Below, one piece after another: positions 34,881 to 45,500 of a DNA stretch of 64,000 nucleotides. Where the stretch lies: contig JBJOLT010000015.1 of the NCBI GenBank assembly GCA_046045415.1, positions 5,988 to 69,987 on the forward strand, written 5' to 3'. The position numbers and the translations under genes were made by a program. Origin of the DNA: Chloroflexota bacterium. Lineage in GTDB: Bacteria; Chloroflexota; Limnocylindria; Limnocylindrales; CSP1-4. Position 1 is the stretch's first letter. Each line of letters begins with the position of its first letter. The notes beneath the pieces were generated by a model. It searched no databases and was not told the DNA's origin. It worked only from the letters and a program-made list of their open reading frames with translations.

Positions 34881-36668
34881 TCAGCGGAGCGGGATCGAGA
34901 GCTGCGCCACGCCGCGGAGCCCGAGGAGGTCGGTCCCGCTCACGGCGATCGAGAGGCGACCGGCCGTCCCGCCCCGGAGGACGGGGATCCGGGCGACCCA
35001 GCGGTCGCCCTCGAGGACCATCCGGACGCTCCGCGCCGCGAGGCCGGGCTGCATGACGCGGGCGACCGGCGGCGCGGCGACCGGCTCGGCCGCGGCCGCG
35101 GTGAGGACGAGGATCCCGCCCCGGACGGCGATCGAGCGGCCGGTCGCGAGGGCGAACGGCCCGACCCCGATCGGCACCCCGATCCGGGTCGCGAGCCCGC
35201 CCGACGCCGCGACGACGCTCGCCCGGTACGTGCCCGGCGCGACGGGGCGGCCGTCCGCCCCGATCCCGTCCCAGGGGACGGCGTGGAACCCGGCCCCCCG
35301 CGGCGCTCGCGGGGCGACGGTCGCGACGGTCCGGCCGGCCGCGTCGAGGATCGCGACCGAGACGGTGGCGGCCGCCGCGAGCGTGAACGAGACCTCGGTC
35401 GCGCCGGGGGCGGTCCCGTTCGGGTCCGCCGGCCAGATCGCGGGGAGGCTCGTGGCGACCCCCGCGAGCGCCGTGTGGACGGCGATCCGCTTCTGGAGCG
35501 GCGGCGCCACGTTCCCGGCCGCGTCGCGGGCGGAGACGGTCGCGACGTACCGTCCGTCGGGGACGACCGCGCCCGCGTCGTCGCGCCCGTCCCACGTGAC
35601 GGTCGTCCGTCCCGGAGCGACGGGGAGCGACCAGGCGCGGACCGGGCCGCCTCCCTCCGCGGCGATCGCGACCTCGAGCAGGCCGCCCTCGCCGAGGGCG
35701 AGCGGGAGTGCGATCGACTCGCCGACGCCGTCGCCGTTCGGCGAGAAGGTGACGGGGGCGAGGGCGTTCCCGACCGCGACGAGCGTCGGCGGGGCGACGT
35801 CGGGGGGCGGGGCGACGACCGGGGCGCCGAGCGCCGGATCGAACGGCGCGAGCGGGTCGGACGAGGTCGCGCCGCGGACGGCGTCGGTCGTGAGCGACGG
35901 GTCGCCGAGGAACGAGCGGTAGAAGCCGGTCGTCGGCGTCTCCGGATCGAGCTGGCCGAGCCGGCCGGGCGTCCGGACGCTCTGGAAGGGGATGAGGTTC
36001 CAGTTCGCCCCCGGCGCGACCCGCCAGAGCGAGTCGAGCGTCTGGCTCGTCGCGAAGAGCGCGTTCATGTAGTAGACGGAGCCGCGGTGCGCGTCCGCGA
36101 TGACGGCGCCCGCGCCCGCCGCGCTCCAGCCGGCCGCCATGTTGTCGACGCGCTGCTGCGCGACGTCGATCGTCGGCTCGCCCCGGCCCGGCTCGGAGTT
36201 CCCCGAGGCGTAGCAGAGGTGGTGGAGGAGGACGAGGGCACCCGGCGCCAGCCTCACCTCGGCGGCGAGATACGCCTCGCCCCAGTAGCGGGTCGTGGAG
36301 TCGCCGCTCCCCGGATACGGGTTGAGGCCGAGGCCGTCCTGGGTCGCCGGGAGGAGCGTGGTCGAGTACGGGCTCGGGAACCCGTTCCCGTGGCCGAGGT
36401 AGACGACGACGTTCGCGCCCTGGAGCGCCGGCTTCGCGAGCTCCCACGTCGCGTTCGGGGAGTAGAGGGTCGTGACGTCGCTCGTCCACCGGCGGGCCTC
36501 CGCGGCGATCGCCTCCGCCTCGCTCCGATACGAGGAGGTCATCGAGCCGGCGGGGCCGACGATGACGACGACCTTCGGCGGGGTCGCGGCGGCGACCGGC
36601 GGGGCGGCGAGCCCGAGGGAGCCGGCGGCGGCGAGTGCCGCGAGGATGACGGCGACGAGTCGGTTCAC
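34881..36668 (-). CDS. Secreted protein: N-terminal domain with clan-CD-like His/Cys motifs plus two FlgD-Ig-like domains
   Basis: 595 aa with signal peptide VNRLVAVILAALAAAGSLGLAAPPVAAA. It contains ANVVVYLGHGNG and ALVLLHHLCYASGN, then FSPNGDG..VTWDGRDDAGAVVPDGRYV..ARDAAGN and a second WDG..G..V..GTY module. Confidence 0.75.
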   Translation of the reverse strand: MNRLVAVILAALAAAGSLGLAAPPVAAATPPKVVVIVGPAGSMTSSYRSEAEAIAAEARRWTSDVTTLYSPNATWELAKPALQGANVVVYLGHGNGFPSPYSTTLLPATQDGLGLNPYPGSGDSTTRYWGEAYLAAEVRLAPGALVLLHHLCYASGNSEPGRGEPTIDVAQQRVDNMAAGWSAAGAGAVIADAHRGSVYYMNALFATSQTLDSLWRVAPGANWNLIPFQSVRTPGRLGQLDPETPTTGFYRSFLGDPSLTTDAVRGATSSDPLAPFDPALGAPVVAPPPDVAPPTLVAVGNALAPVTFSPNGDGVGESIALPLALGEGGLLEVAIAAEGGGPVRAWSLPVAPGRTTVTWDGRDDAGAVVPDGRYVATVSARDAAGNVAPPLQKRIAVHTALAGVATSLPAIWPADPNGTAPGATEVSFTLAAAATVSVAILDAAGRTVATVAPRAPRGAGFHAVPWDGIGADGRPVAPGTYRASVVAASGGLATRIGVPIGVGPFALATGRSIAVRGGILVLTAAAAEPVAAPPVARVMQPGLAARSVRMVLEGDRWVARIPVLRGGTAGRLSIAVSGTDLLGLRGVAQLSIPLR

Positions 36669-36812
36669 GCGATCGAGACCTCCGCTCTGCGAGGGAGGAC
36701 GATCGTGGGCGCGGCCCGGGGTGGTGCGCAGCCGTGCGAAGGTCCGCGGGTCGCTGGCCCCTTCGTCCGGCTGTGCCCGGTGCGCGGACGCCCACGGCGG
36801 GGCGGCCGCCCG

Positions 36813-37796
36813 CTACGGGACCGGGGTCGGGCTCGGCGCGGCGGGGTCGGGGGTGACGAACGGCTGCTCCGAGTCGGGGAGCGTCCCGTCGTCGTTCGTC
36901 ACCTCGGTCGGCTGCTCGCCGAGGTCCGGGAGGCCGCCCTCGTAGTCGGTGATGACGAGGACGTACTCGAGCCGGTCGAGGTCGGCGGTCGGCTGGAGGT
37001 AGGCGGTCTGGACGACCGCGTTCGCGTCGCGGATCACGTCGACGACCTGGCCGACGACGAGGCCCTTCGGATACGGGGAGCGGACCCCCGACTGGAGCTC
37101 GATCCCGGCGGTGACCACCTCGTCGCCGATGAGGATCTTCTCCGTCGAGTCGATGTTCCGCATGACGAGGACGCCGCCGAGCTGGCCGTCGATCTCCCCG
37201 GTCGCGGCGCTCGCCTGCAGCTGGCCGATCACCGTCGAGCTCGTGTCGTTGATGAGGACGACGTTCGCGGCATCGCGGCCGACCTGGACGACCCGGCCGG
37301 CGAGCGCGCCGCCCGCCGCGATGACGACGTCGCCGACGGCGATCCCCTGCGCGGTCCCGACGTCGATCGTGATCACCCGTCGGAAGTCGGACGCATCACG
37401 GCCGATGACGATCGCGGTGACGGTCGCGAACTGGAGTCCGTTCCGGAGCTGGAGGAGCCCGGTGAGGAGCTCGTTCTCCCGCGCGAGCTCGACCGCCCGG
37501 GCGTTCTCGGCCCGGAGCCGCGCGTTCTCGTCGATGAGCCGGGCGTTGTCGCGCCGGAGCCCGTCGATCTCGGTGAGCGCCGCGGTGATGGACGCCCCCG
37601 TCCTCGCGACCGAGGTGAGCGCCGCCTGGAGCGGCCGGAAGGCGAAGCCGATCCCCTTCTGGACCTCGACGATCGGCTCGGCGCTCGAGAAGGCCATGAG
37701 GACGACCGTCGCGACGAGGAAGACGACGTACGTGGCGACCCGCCGCCGCGCGGCGCGCGCGGCGAGGGCGGCGGCGGAGGGACCGACCCCGGCCAT
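36813..37796 (-). CDS. mreC: Rod shape-determining protein MreC
   Basis: 327 aa with an N-terminal TM segment, a coiled coil (LRRDNARLIDENARLRAENAR) and beta-barrel domains (GIAVGDVV, GRVVQV). Coordinates are taken from the ORF track. Confidence 0.9.
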   Translation of the reverse strand: MAGVGPSAAALAARAARRRVATYVVFLVATVVLMAFSSAEPIVEVQKGIGFAFRPLQAALTSVARTGASITAALTEIDGLRRDNARLIDENARLRAENARAVELARENELLTGLLQLRNGLQFATVTAIVIGRDASDFRRVITIDVGTAQGIAVGDVVIAAGGALAGRVVQVGRDAANVVLINDTSSTVIGQLQASAATGEIDGQLGGVLVMRNIDSTEKILIGDEVVTAGIELQSGVRSPYPKGLVVGQVVDVIRDANAVVQTAYLQPTADLDRLEYVLVITDYEGGLPDLGEQPTEVTNDDGTLPDSEQPFVTPDPAAPSPTPVP

Positions 37797-37814
37797 CGAC
37801 GACCCGGGCCCGGG

Positions 37815-38867
<1,053 letters not shown>

Positions 38868-38907
38868 CCGGGCGTGTGTCCCCACGGGCTGGTGATGAAG
38901 GCACCGC

Positions 38908-38913
38908 AGTATA
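38908..38913 (-). promoter_or_regulatory. Candidate -10 box (TATACT) upstream of mreB
   Basis: An AT-rich TAnnnT hexamer in the 86-nt radC-mreB spacer, about 40 nt upstream of the mreB ATG. Confidence 0.3.
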
Positions 38914-38953
38914 CCCGCCGCCCCCACGCGGACTCTCGGGAGCGATGCGGCGC

Positions 38954-39724
38954 TCACTCCGCCGCGCGTGCCGCCGACGGCCCCCGGTCGAAGGCGACGC
39001 CACGGTCGCGGAGGCTGACGAACGCGTCGTGCCCGACGACGAGGTGGTCGAGGACCTCGACGTCGAGGAGCCGGCCGGCCGCGAGCGCCTCGGCGGTGAG
39101 ATGGAGGTCGTCGGGGCTCGGGGTCGGGTCGCCCGACGGGTGGTTGTGGACGAGGATCACCCCGACGGCGTTCTCCCGGACCGCGTCGCGGAAGAGCTCC
39201 CCCACCCGGACGAGCGACGCGCTCACGTTCCCCTGGTAGACCGTGACGACCCGGAGGACGGCGTTCCGGCTGTTGAGGAGGACGACCCGGAGCTCCTCGC
39301 GCTCGAGCCGGCCCATCTGGAGGACGAGCCGGTCGGCGATGTCCCTCGGGGAGCGGACGATCCAGCGGCCGGTCGGCCAGTCGGCGAGGAGGCGGCGACC
39401 GAGCTCGAAGGCCGCGACGAGGCGCGCCGCCCGCGCGGCACCGACCCCCGGGAGCGAGTCGAGCTCCGACGGCGCGGCCCGCGCGAGACCGCTCAGCCCG
39501 TCATGGCGGGCGAGCGCGTCCTCGGCGATCGCGACGGCGCTCGCGCCCCGGACGCCGCTCCCCCAGAGGAGCGCGATCAGCTCGGCCGAGGTGAGGCCGG
39601 CGACCCCGCGCTGGACGAGGCGCTCACGGGGTCGCTCCGCGGCGGGGAGCTCCCTGATCGTGCGACCCGGCCGTGCCGCCCGCCCCCGGGGCGCCATGCC
39701 CGTCCCGTCTCCGCTCACGTCCAC
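38954..39724 (-). CDS. radC: RadC-family JAB/MPN-domain protein (UPF0758)
   Basis: Contains ERPRERL, ELIALLWGSG and HNHPSGDPTPSPDD. Alternative start at ATG 39697. The radC-mreB-mreC order matches that in B. subtilis. Confidence 0.85.
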   Translation of the reverse strand: MDVSGDGTGMAPRGRAARPGRTIRELPAAERPRERLVQRGVAGLTSAELIALLWGSGVRGASAVAIAEDALARHDGLSGLARAAPSELDSLPGVGAARAARLVAAFELGRRLLADWPTGRWIVRSPRDIADRLVLQMGRLEREELRVVLLNSRNAVLRVVTVYQGNVSASLVRVGELFRDAVRENAVGVILVHNHPSGDPTPSPDDLHLTAEALAAGRLLDVEVLDHLVVGHDAFVSLRDRGVAFDRGPSAARAAE

Positions 39725-39887
39725 CCCGACCTCCAGCGCTGGATCCCCGGACCCGGACGACGGAGCCCGCCGATTCCCCCGCCATCCGGATCCGGGGACG
39801 AGGCGAGACTAGGCGGCGCCGCTCACCGGTCGATCGACGGGGCCTCCACCCGGGCTCGCCGCCGGCGCCGTCGTCGGGCGAGGGCCG

Positions 39888-40946
39888 TCAGGTGCCGGCG
39901 AGGTTCGAGGCCGCCTGCGCGACGACGATGAGGGCGCCGTTGAACGCGGCGTGGAGGCCGATCGCGGCGTAGAGCGACCGGCGGCGGAGGAAGATCCAGC
40001 CGAGGGCGATCGCGACGGGGAGCCGTCCCGCGAAGCCGACGGCGGCGATCCCGACCGCCTCGCCGAACGTCGGGGCGCTGACGGCGATCACGTGGACGAG
40101 CGCGAAGAAGAGTGCCCCCCGGACGAGGGCCGCCCGCTCGCCGATCGCCCGCGCCCAGGCGGTCGTCGCGAAGCCGCGGAAGAAGATCTCCTCGCCGATC
40201 GGCGCGACGATCGCCGCCGTCACGAGGTTCAGCGCGAGGCCGGCCGCGTCGGTCGCCTCGGGGAGCGCGGGCTCCGGGGTCGATCCGACGACGCGGATGA
40301 GGAGGTCGAGGAGGAGTCCGGTGACGAGGACGACCGGCGCCGCGAGGAGCGCACCGGCGAGGAGCTCGCGGAGCGCCCGTCCGGGCGGCACGGCGAGGCC
40401 GATCTCCGACCACGAGAGCGCGCCGGACCCCACGACGAGGAGGCGGACGAGGACGAGGTAGACGACGCCGGTCGCGAGGACGGAGGCGAGCGCCGTCGTC
40501 GGCGAACGCGCCGGGACGCCGGCCGCACCGAGGAGCGCCACGAGGAGGGCGACGAGGAGGAGGGTGAGCGGGATCGTCGCCGCGAAGACGAGGAAGGGCG
40601 ACGGGCCGCGATACGGCGCCGCGCCGCCGTCGCTCCCGTGATCGTCGTCGCCCACCGCATCCGGCGACCCGCGGCGCCGTTCGAGCGCCTGGGAGCCGGC
40701 GCCGCCGAAGAGGCCGAGGCCGAGGAAGAGGAGGCCTGCGAGCAGCAGGCCGCTCGCCGCCGCCCGCCCGCCGGCGAGGAGCGAGACGAGGATCAGGCCG
40801 CCGCCGACGATCGTGAGGAGCCAGGCGACGAGGTAGAGGCCGGGCGCAGCACGGCGGTCGAGGCCGAACGTCGCGCTCCCCGGCGGCCCTGCCCGCGTCG
40901 GCTCGGGCGCGGCTCCGGGCGGCTCCTCGCGGGTCGGGTCGGTCAC
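39888..40946 (-). CDS. CPBP-family intramembrane glutamic endopeptidase (CAAX protease/Abi)
   Basis: Multi-TM, with motifs PIGEEIFFRG, FFALVH and HAAFN. GTG at 40946 overlaps the upstream stop (GTGA). The rest of ORF 39888..41189 is a spurious extension. Confidence 0.8.
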   Translation of the reverse strand: MTDPTREEPPGAAPEPTRAGPPGSATFGLDRRAAPGLYLVAWLLTIVGGGLILVSLLAGGRAAASGLLLAGLLFLGLGLFGGAGSQALERRRGSPDAVGDDDHGSDGGAAPYRGPSPFLVFAATIPLTLLLVALLVALLGAAGVPARSPTTALASVLATGVVYLVLVRLLVVGSGALSWSEIGLAVPPGRALRELLAGALLAAPVVLVTGLLLDLLIRVVGSTPEPALPEATDAAGLALNLVTAAIVAPIGEEIFFRGFATTAWARAIGERAALVRGALFFALVHVIAVSAPTFGEAVGIAAVGFAGRLPVAIALGWIFLRRRSLYAAIGLHAAFNGALIVVAQAASNLAGT

Positions 40947-41560
40947 CGCTCCGGCAGCGACCCGGTGGCTGCGCTCGCGCTCGGCTGCTTCGACGGCGCG
41001 GTCGCGGACGACGGAGCGCGACCGGCGGCGGCCGGGCCGCCCGCGGTCGCCTCCGACCCGGCCGGTGCCGACTCGCTCGCCCGCTCCCCGAGGTCGCGGC
41101 CGCACCAGGCGCAGAGGAGCCAGTCGGTCGCGACGAGGCGGCTGCACCCCGGGCACGGCCGGCTCAGCCGCACCCGGCAAGAGGGACACGCGATCCAGTC
41201 GTCGCGGACGCGCCGGCGGCAGCGCGGGCAGGACCCCGACGCGTCCACCTCGGCGAGGAGCGCCTCCTGCGCGAGCGTCCGCTCGTAGACGTCGTCCGTC
41301 CGCTCCTGGGGCCGGATCAGCCGGTAGAGGAGGACGGCGGCCGGGAAGAGGATGGGCGTGAAGACGACGATGACGGCCGCGGCGACGTACGGGAGGACGG
41401 CGTTGTCGGTCCGGAGCTGGAGGTCGCGGAAGGCCCAGTACGCGGACGCGAGCCAGAGGACGACCCAGTAGATCGCGAAGGCGCGGATCCCGAGCTGGAC
41501 GATCGGGCTCCCGAGGAAGCCGCCGATCGCGCCGGTGATCCCGTCGATGATGTCGGCCAT
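40943..41560 (-). CDS. Membrane protein with a C-terminal double zinc-ribbon (4x CxxC) and a Ser/Ala-rich tail
   Basis: 205 aa starting MADIIDGITGAIGGFLGSP, with 2 TM segments. The ribbon region is CPRCRRRV..CPSCRVRL..CPGCSRLV..CAWCGRDL. Confidence 0.7.
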   Translation of the reverse strand: MADIIDGITGAIGGFLGSPIVQLGIRAFAIYWVVLWLASAYWAFRDLQLRTDNAVLPYVAAAVIVVFTPILFPAAVLLYRLIRPQERTDDVYERTLAQEALLAEVDASGSCPRCRRRVRDDWIACPSCRVRLSRPCPGCSRLVATDWLLCAWCGRDLGERASESAPAGSEATAGGPAAAGRAPSSATAPSKQPSASAATGSLPER

Positions 41561-41618
41561 CGGGTCGTGGGGGCCTCCGTCGCTGCCCCGGCGCGGCGCC
41601 GCGGGGCGGAGCGCGAGT

Positions 41619-42518
41619 CTAGCAGGCGTCCGGCCCGGCTCGGCCGAGGAGCGAGGAGGTCGCGACGACCGCGAGGAGGGCGAGCGAGCCGCCCCACGCC
41701 CCGACGAAGAGAAGGGCGAGCGGGAGGGCGGCGGGACTCCCGATCGCGAGGGCGTCGCCGGCCGCCTCCCAGGCGAACCGCGCGAGCGCGAGCGACGGGA
41801 CGACGAGGAGGGCGGTGCGGGCGGCGTCGCGGAGTCCGCCGCGGACGAGCTCCCCGGGCCGTCGGATCGCCGCGGCGAGGGCGGCCGCGACCGCGCTCCC
41901 GGACCCCGTGCCGTCGACCGCGACCCGCCGGGCGGCGACGCCCCCGAGCCGGCTCGCGAGGAGCCACGCCGCTCCCACGAGGAGGAGGACGTCGGCGGCA
42001 CCCGCCGCGACCCTGAGCGGGAGGGCGACGGCGGGGTCCGATGGGCCGGTCAGCTCCCCGTACGCCACCGCGACGAGCCGGGGCACCGACCATGCGAGGG
42101 CGACGCCGAGCGGGATCGCGAGGAAGGCGCGGACGGCGAGGATCCGGAGCGGGTCGCCGCGCCGGGGAGTGGCGACGGGCACGACCCTCCCGTCGGCTCC
42201 GGCCGCGGTACGGAGGAGGGCGGCCTCGACGACCGCCGCGACGAGTCCCGCGCCGGCGAGCCAGCCGGCGACCCCGAGGACGGCGGACGCGATCGCGCCG
42301 AGCAGGGCGGGCGAGGGGCCGGACGGCGTGATCGCCGTCGGGCCGACGAAGGTGGCGACCCCGACGGACGACGGGAGGACGACGACCGGGAGGAGCGCGA
42401 CCGCGAGCCAGCCGTGGAGGAGCGCGACCGCGAGCGCGGCGGGCCAGAGGTCGCGTCGCGCGAGTGCCGCCCGGAGGCCGAGCGGCCCGCCGCTCATCCG
42501 GGCCGGGCCGTCCCGCAT
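41619..42518 (-). CDS. Hypothetical integral membrane protein (Ala/Leu-rich, about 7 TM)
   Basis: 299 aa with an ATG start 8 nt after the UPF0182 stop. The hydrophobic periodicity is consistent with a membrane protein. No family recognised. Confidence 0.6.
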   Translation of the reverse strand: MRDGPARMSGGPLGLRAALARRDLWPAALAVALLHGWLAVALLPVVVLPSSVGVATFVGPTAITPSGPSPALLGAIASAVLGVAGWLAGAGLVAAVVEAALLRTAAGADGRVVPVATPRRGDPLRILAVRAFLAIPLGVALAWSVPRLVAVAYGELTGPSDPAVALPLRVAAGAADVLLLVGAAWLLASRLGGVAARRVAVDGTGSGSAVAAALAAAIRRPGELVRGGLRDAARTALLVVPSLALARFAWEAAGDALAIGSPAALPLALLFVGAWGGSLALLAVVATSSLLGRAGPDAC

Positions 42519-42525
42519 CCGGACG

Positions 42526-45500
42526 TCACGGGGCGGGGCTGGCGCCGCCGGTCAGCTCGGCGAGCTGGCTGAGCGCCTCCTCGACGAGCGCGATCTCGCT
42601 CCCGTACGTGGCGAAGTCGCCGCGGCGGAGCGCCGCCTGCGCGAGCTCGAAGTGAAGGTTCGCGTACTCGATGAGCGCCGCGACGTCGCCGGTCGGCGGG
42701 GTCGGCGCGGGGCTCCCGCCCGGCGCCGGCGTCGGGGTCGGCGTCGCACCGCCCGAGCCGCCCGAGCCGCCCGAACCCCCGGAGCCGCCGGTCCCGTTCG
42801 AGGCGAGCTGCGCCTCGAGGGCCTCCTCGAGCGTGTCGCCCCAGACGACGGTCGTCGAGGTCGCGATGATCACCTTCTGGAGCTCGGGGAAGGCGGAACT
42901 CGTCGACTGCAGGTAGATCGGCTGGAGGTAGATGAGCGAGTCCTGGATCGGCATGACGATCAGGTTCCCGCGGATCACCCGGCTCCCGGCCTGGCTCCAG
43001 AGGCTGATCTGCGCGCTGATCGTCGGATCGGCGTCGATCCGCGCCTCGATCTGGTTCGGGCCGAGGACCGACGTGTTCTCCGGGAACTTGTGGACCCGGA
43101 CCTCGCCGTACGCCTCGCCGTCGTTCCGGGCCGCGATCCACGCGATCATGTTCGGCCGCCGCTGCGGGACCATCGGCTGGAGGAGGAGGAACTCGGTCGC
43201 GGTCTCCCCGGGCATCCGCATCTGGACGTAGTACGCCTCGGCGGGGAGCGTCTGGTCGCTCCCCGAGTCGACCGGGACGGTCCAGAGGTCCTCGCGGTTG
43301 TAGAAGGCGGCCGGGTCGCTCACGTGGTAGGTGGCGTAGAGGCGCGTCTGGACGTTGAAGAGCTCCTCCGGGTAGCGGACGTGCGAGCGGAGATCCTCGG
43401 GGAGCTCGTCGAGCGGCCGGAAGAGCGTCGGGAAGACGCCGCCGTAGGCCCGGACGAGCGGGTCGTCGGTGTCCGCGACGTAGAAGCTCATCGTCCCGTC
43501 GTACGCGTCCATGACGACCTTCACGGAGTTCCGGATGTAGTTGAACGGAAGGTCGCCGAGCCCGGTCCCGGGGAGTTCGAGCGGATCGAAGCGCTGGGCG
43601 TTCGGGAAGCGGTCGCTCACGGAGTAGGCGTCCTGGATCCAGACGAGCCGGCCGTCCTCGCGGATGACGAGGTACGGATCCTTGTCGTACCGGAGGAAGG
43701 GGGCGACGAGCCGGAGCCGCTCCTCGAGCGATCGGTGGAAGAGGATCTGGCTCTCCGAGGTGACCTGGTCGCTGATGAAGAGGTTCAGGTCGCGGAAGCG
43801 CGCGGCGAAGAGGAGCCGCGTCAGCGTGTTGTCGATGCGGACGCCGGTCGTGCCGGTCCAGCGGGTCTGCTGCCCGAGCCCGGCCGAGCCGCCCTCCGCG
43901 TCGCTCCCGACCGGGTAGTCGAACTCGCTCTGGCGGGCGCCGACGAGGACCCAGTCGCTCGGGCGCTCGCCGAAGTAGATCCGGAACTGGTCGATCGACG
44001 GCGCGCCGTCGACGGAGACGGGCGGGAGATCCTTGACGTAGAGGTTCGGCTGGCCGCTCTGCGTCGCCTCGTTCACCGGGACGAGGACCGCCCCGACGCC
44101 GTGCGTGAAGGTGATCTTCTGGTTGACCCACGAGTTCGCCTGCGGGTTCTTCTCGGGGGCGAGCTCGCGCGCCGAGAGCATCACCTGGCGCTGCTCGCCG
44201 TCGATCAGATAGCGGTCCGTGTCGACGTCGACGAACTCGTAGTACTGGCGGACCGTCTGGACCTGGTCGATGACGTCGCGGAGCGGCCGGTAGTCCCAGA
44301 CGCGGGCGCTCCGGAAGGTCTCGTCCTCGGCGGCGACGCTCGCCGCGGTGAGGGGCGCCTCGCCGCCGTAGTCGACCTGGCGCCAGTCGTCGAGGTCGTA
44401 GGCGAGCCGCGTCATCTCGATGTTGTTCCGGATGTACGGCTGCTCCTGGGCGAACTGGTTCGGGACGACGGTGAAGCGCTGGATGAACTCCGGGTAGAGC
44501 GTCCCGAGGACGACGGATGCGCCGAGCCAGATCGCGACCGTCATCGCGAGCGGCCAGACCATGTTCGTGAAGGCGCCGCCGACGAGGAACGCGGCGGCGA
44601 GCGCTGCGATCGCCGTGAGGACGTCGAGGCCGAGGAAGCGGGCGTTCGCGTCCGTGTAGCTGACGCCGGTGGCGACGCCCTGGGCGCCGTAGACGAGCTC
44701 GTACTTGTCGAGCTGGTACCCGGCGGCGACCGAGAGGAGGTAGAGGCCGGCGAGGACGCCGATGTGGACCCGGATCGGCGTCGTGGGGCGGAGGTCACCG
44801 CGGAGCCCCGCGAGGAGGTACCGGGCGCCGGCGACGATGAGCGCGCCGACGACGAGCCCGTTGAGGACCGACTGGACGAGCCGGAGGAACGGGAGGTCGA
44901 AGAGGAAGAACGAGATGTCCTGCCCGAAGACCGGGTCCGGGGCGGCCGCACCGGCGGCGTCGAACGGGACGCGGTTGAGGTAGAGCTGGATCGTCTCCCA
45001 CGACCCGGCGGCCGCGGCGCCGATCCCGAGCGCGAGGAGGAGCGAGAGGCCGACGATGAGCGGGATCCCGACCGGCCCGAGATCGGGCATCGAGGCGCCC
45101 GGCGTCACGTCGCGGGCCCCGCCCGACCGGGCCCGGTAGCGGTCGTCGCCCTGACCGGAGACGGTCCAGCCGCGCTCCCCGGCGGCGGCCGCCTCGTTCA
45201 TCCGGTCGATGAGGCGGGCGAGGGTCCCGCGGCCGTCCGGATCCGGCGGCGGGCCGAGCCGACCGGCGACCCAGAGGTTCCCGAGCAGGAAGAGGAGCGC
45301 GACGGCGAGGGCGGCGGCGAAGAGGATCAGCTGCGTCCCGACGCGGGTCCAGAAGACGTCGTCGTAGCCGACGCTCGTGAACCAGATCGCGTCGGTCCAG
45401 AGGTCGAGGACGAAGCCGCCGAGGAGGAAGACGAGGAAGGCGACCCCGGCGACGACGGTGAGGGAGACCTGGCGGACGGCGCCGATCCCGGCGCCGTCGT

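Noticed and set aside
37741-37800. An apparent frame inconsistency in the GC-repeat tract at the mreC 5' end, which could suggest a frameshift or pseudogene
   Set aside because: My hand reading of the (CCG)n/(GCG)n tract did not reproduce the ORF-track translation. The track gives an intact 327-aa MreC with normal N-terminal TM and coiled-coil regions. I attribute the discrepancy to my manual parsing of a repetitive tract and use the track coordinates.
38954-39724. RadC as a prophage/anti-restriction-associated JAB protein
   Set aside because: It occupies the classic chromosomal radC-mreB-mreC position known from B. subtilis, with no mobile-element genes around it.
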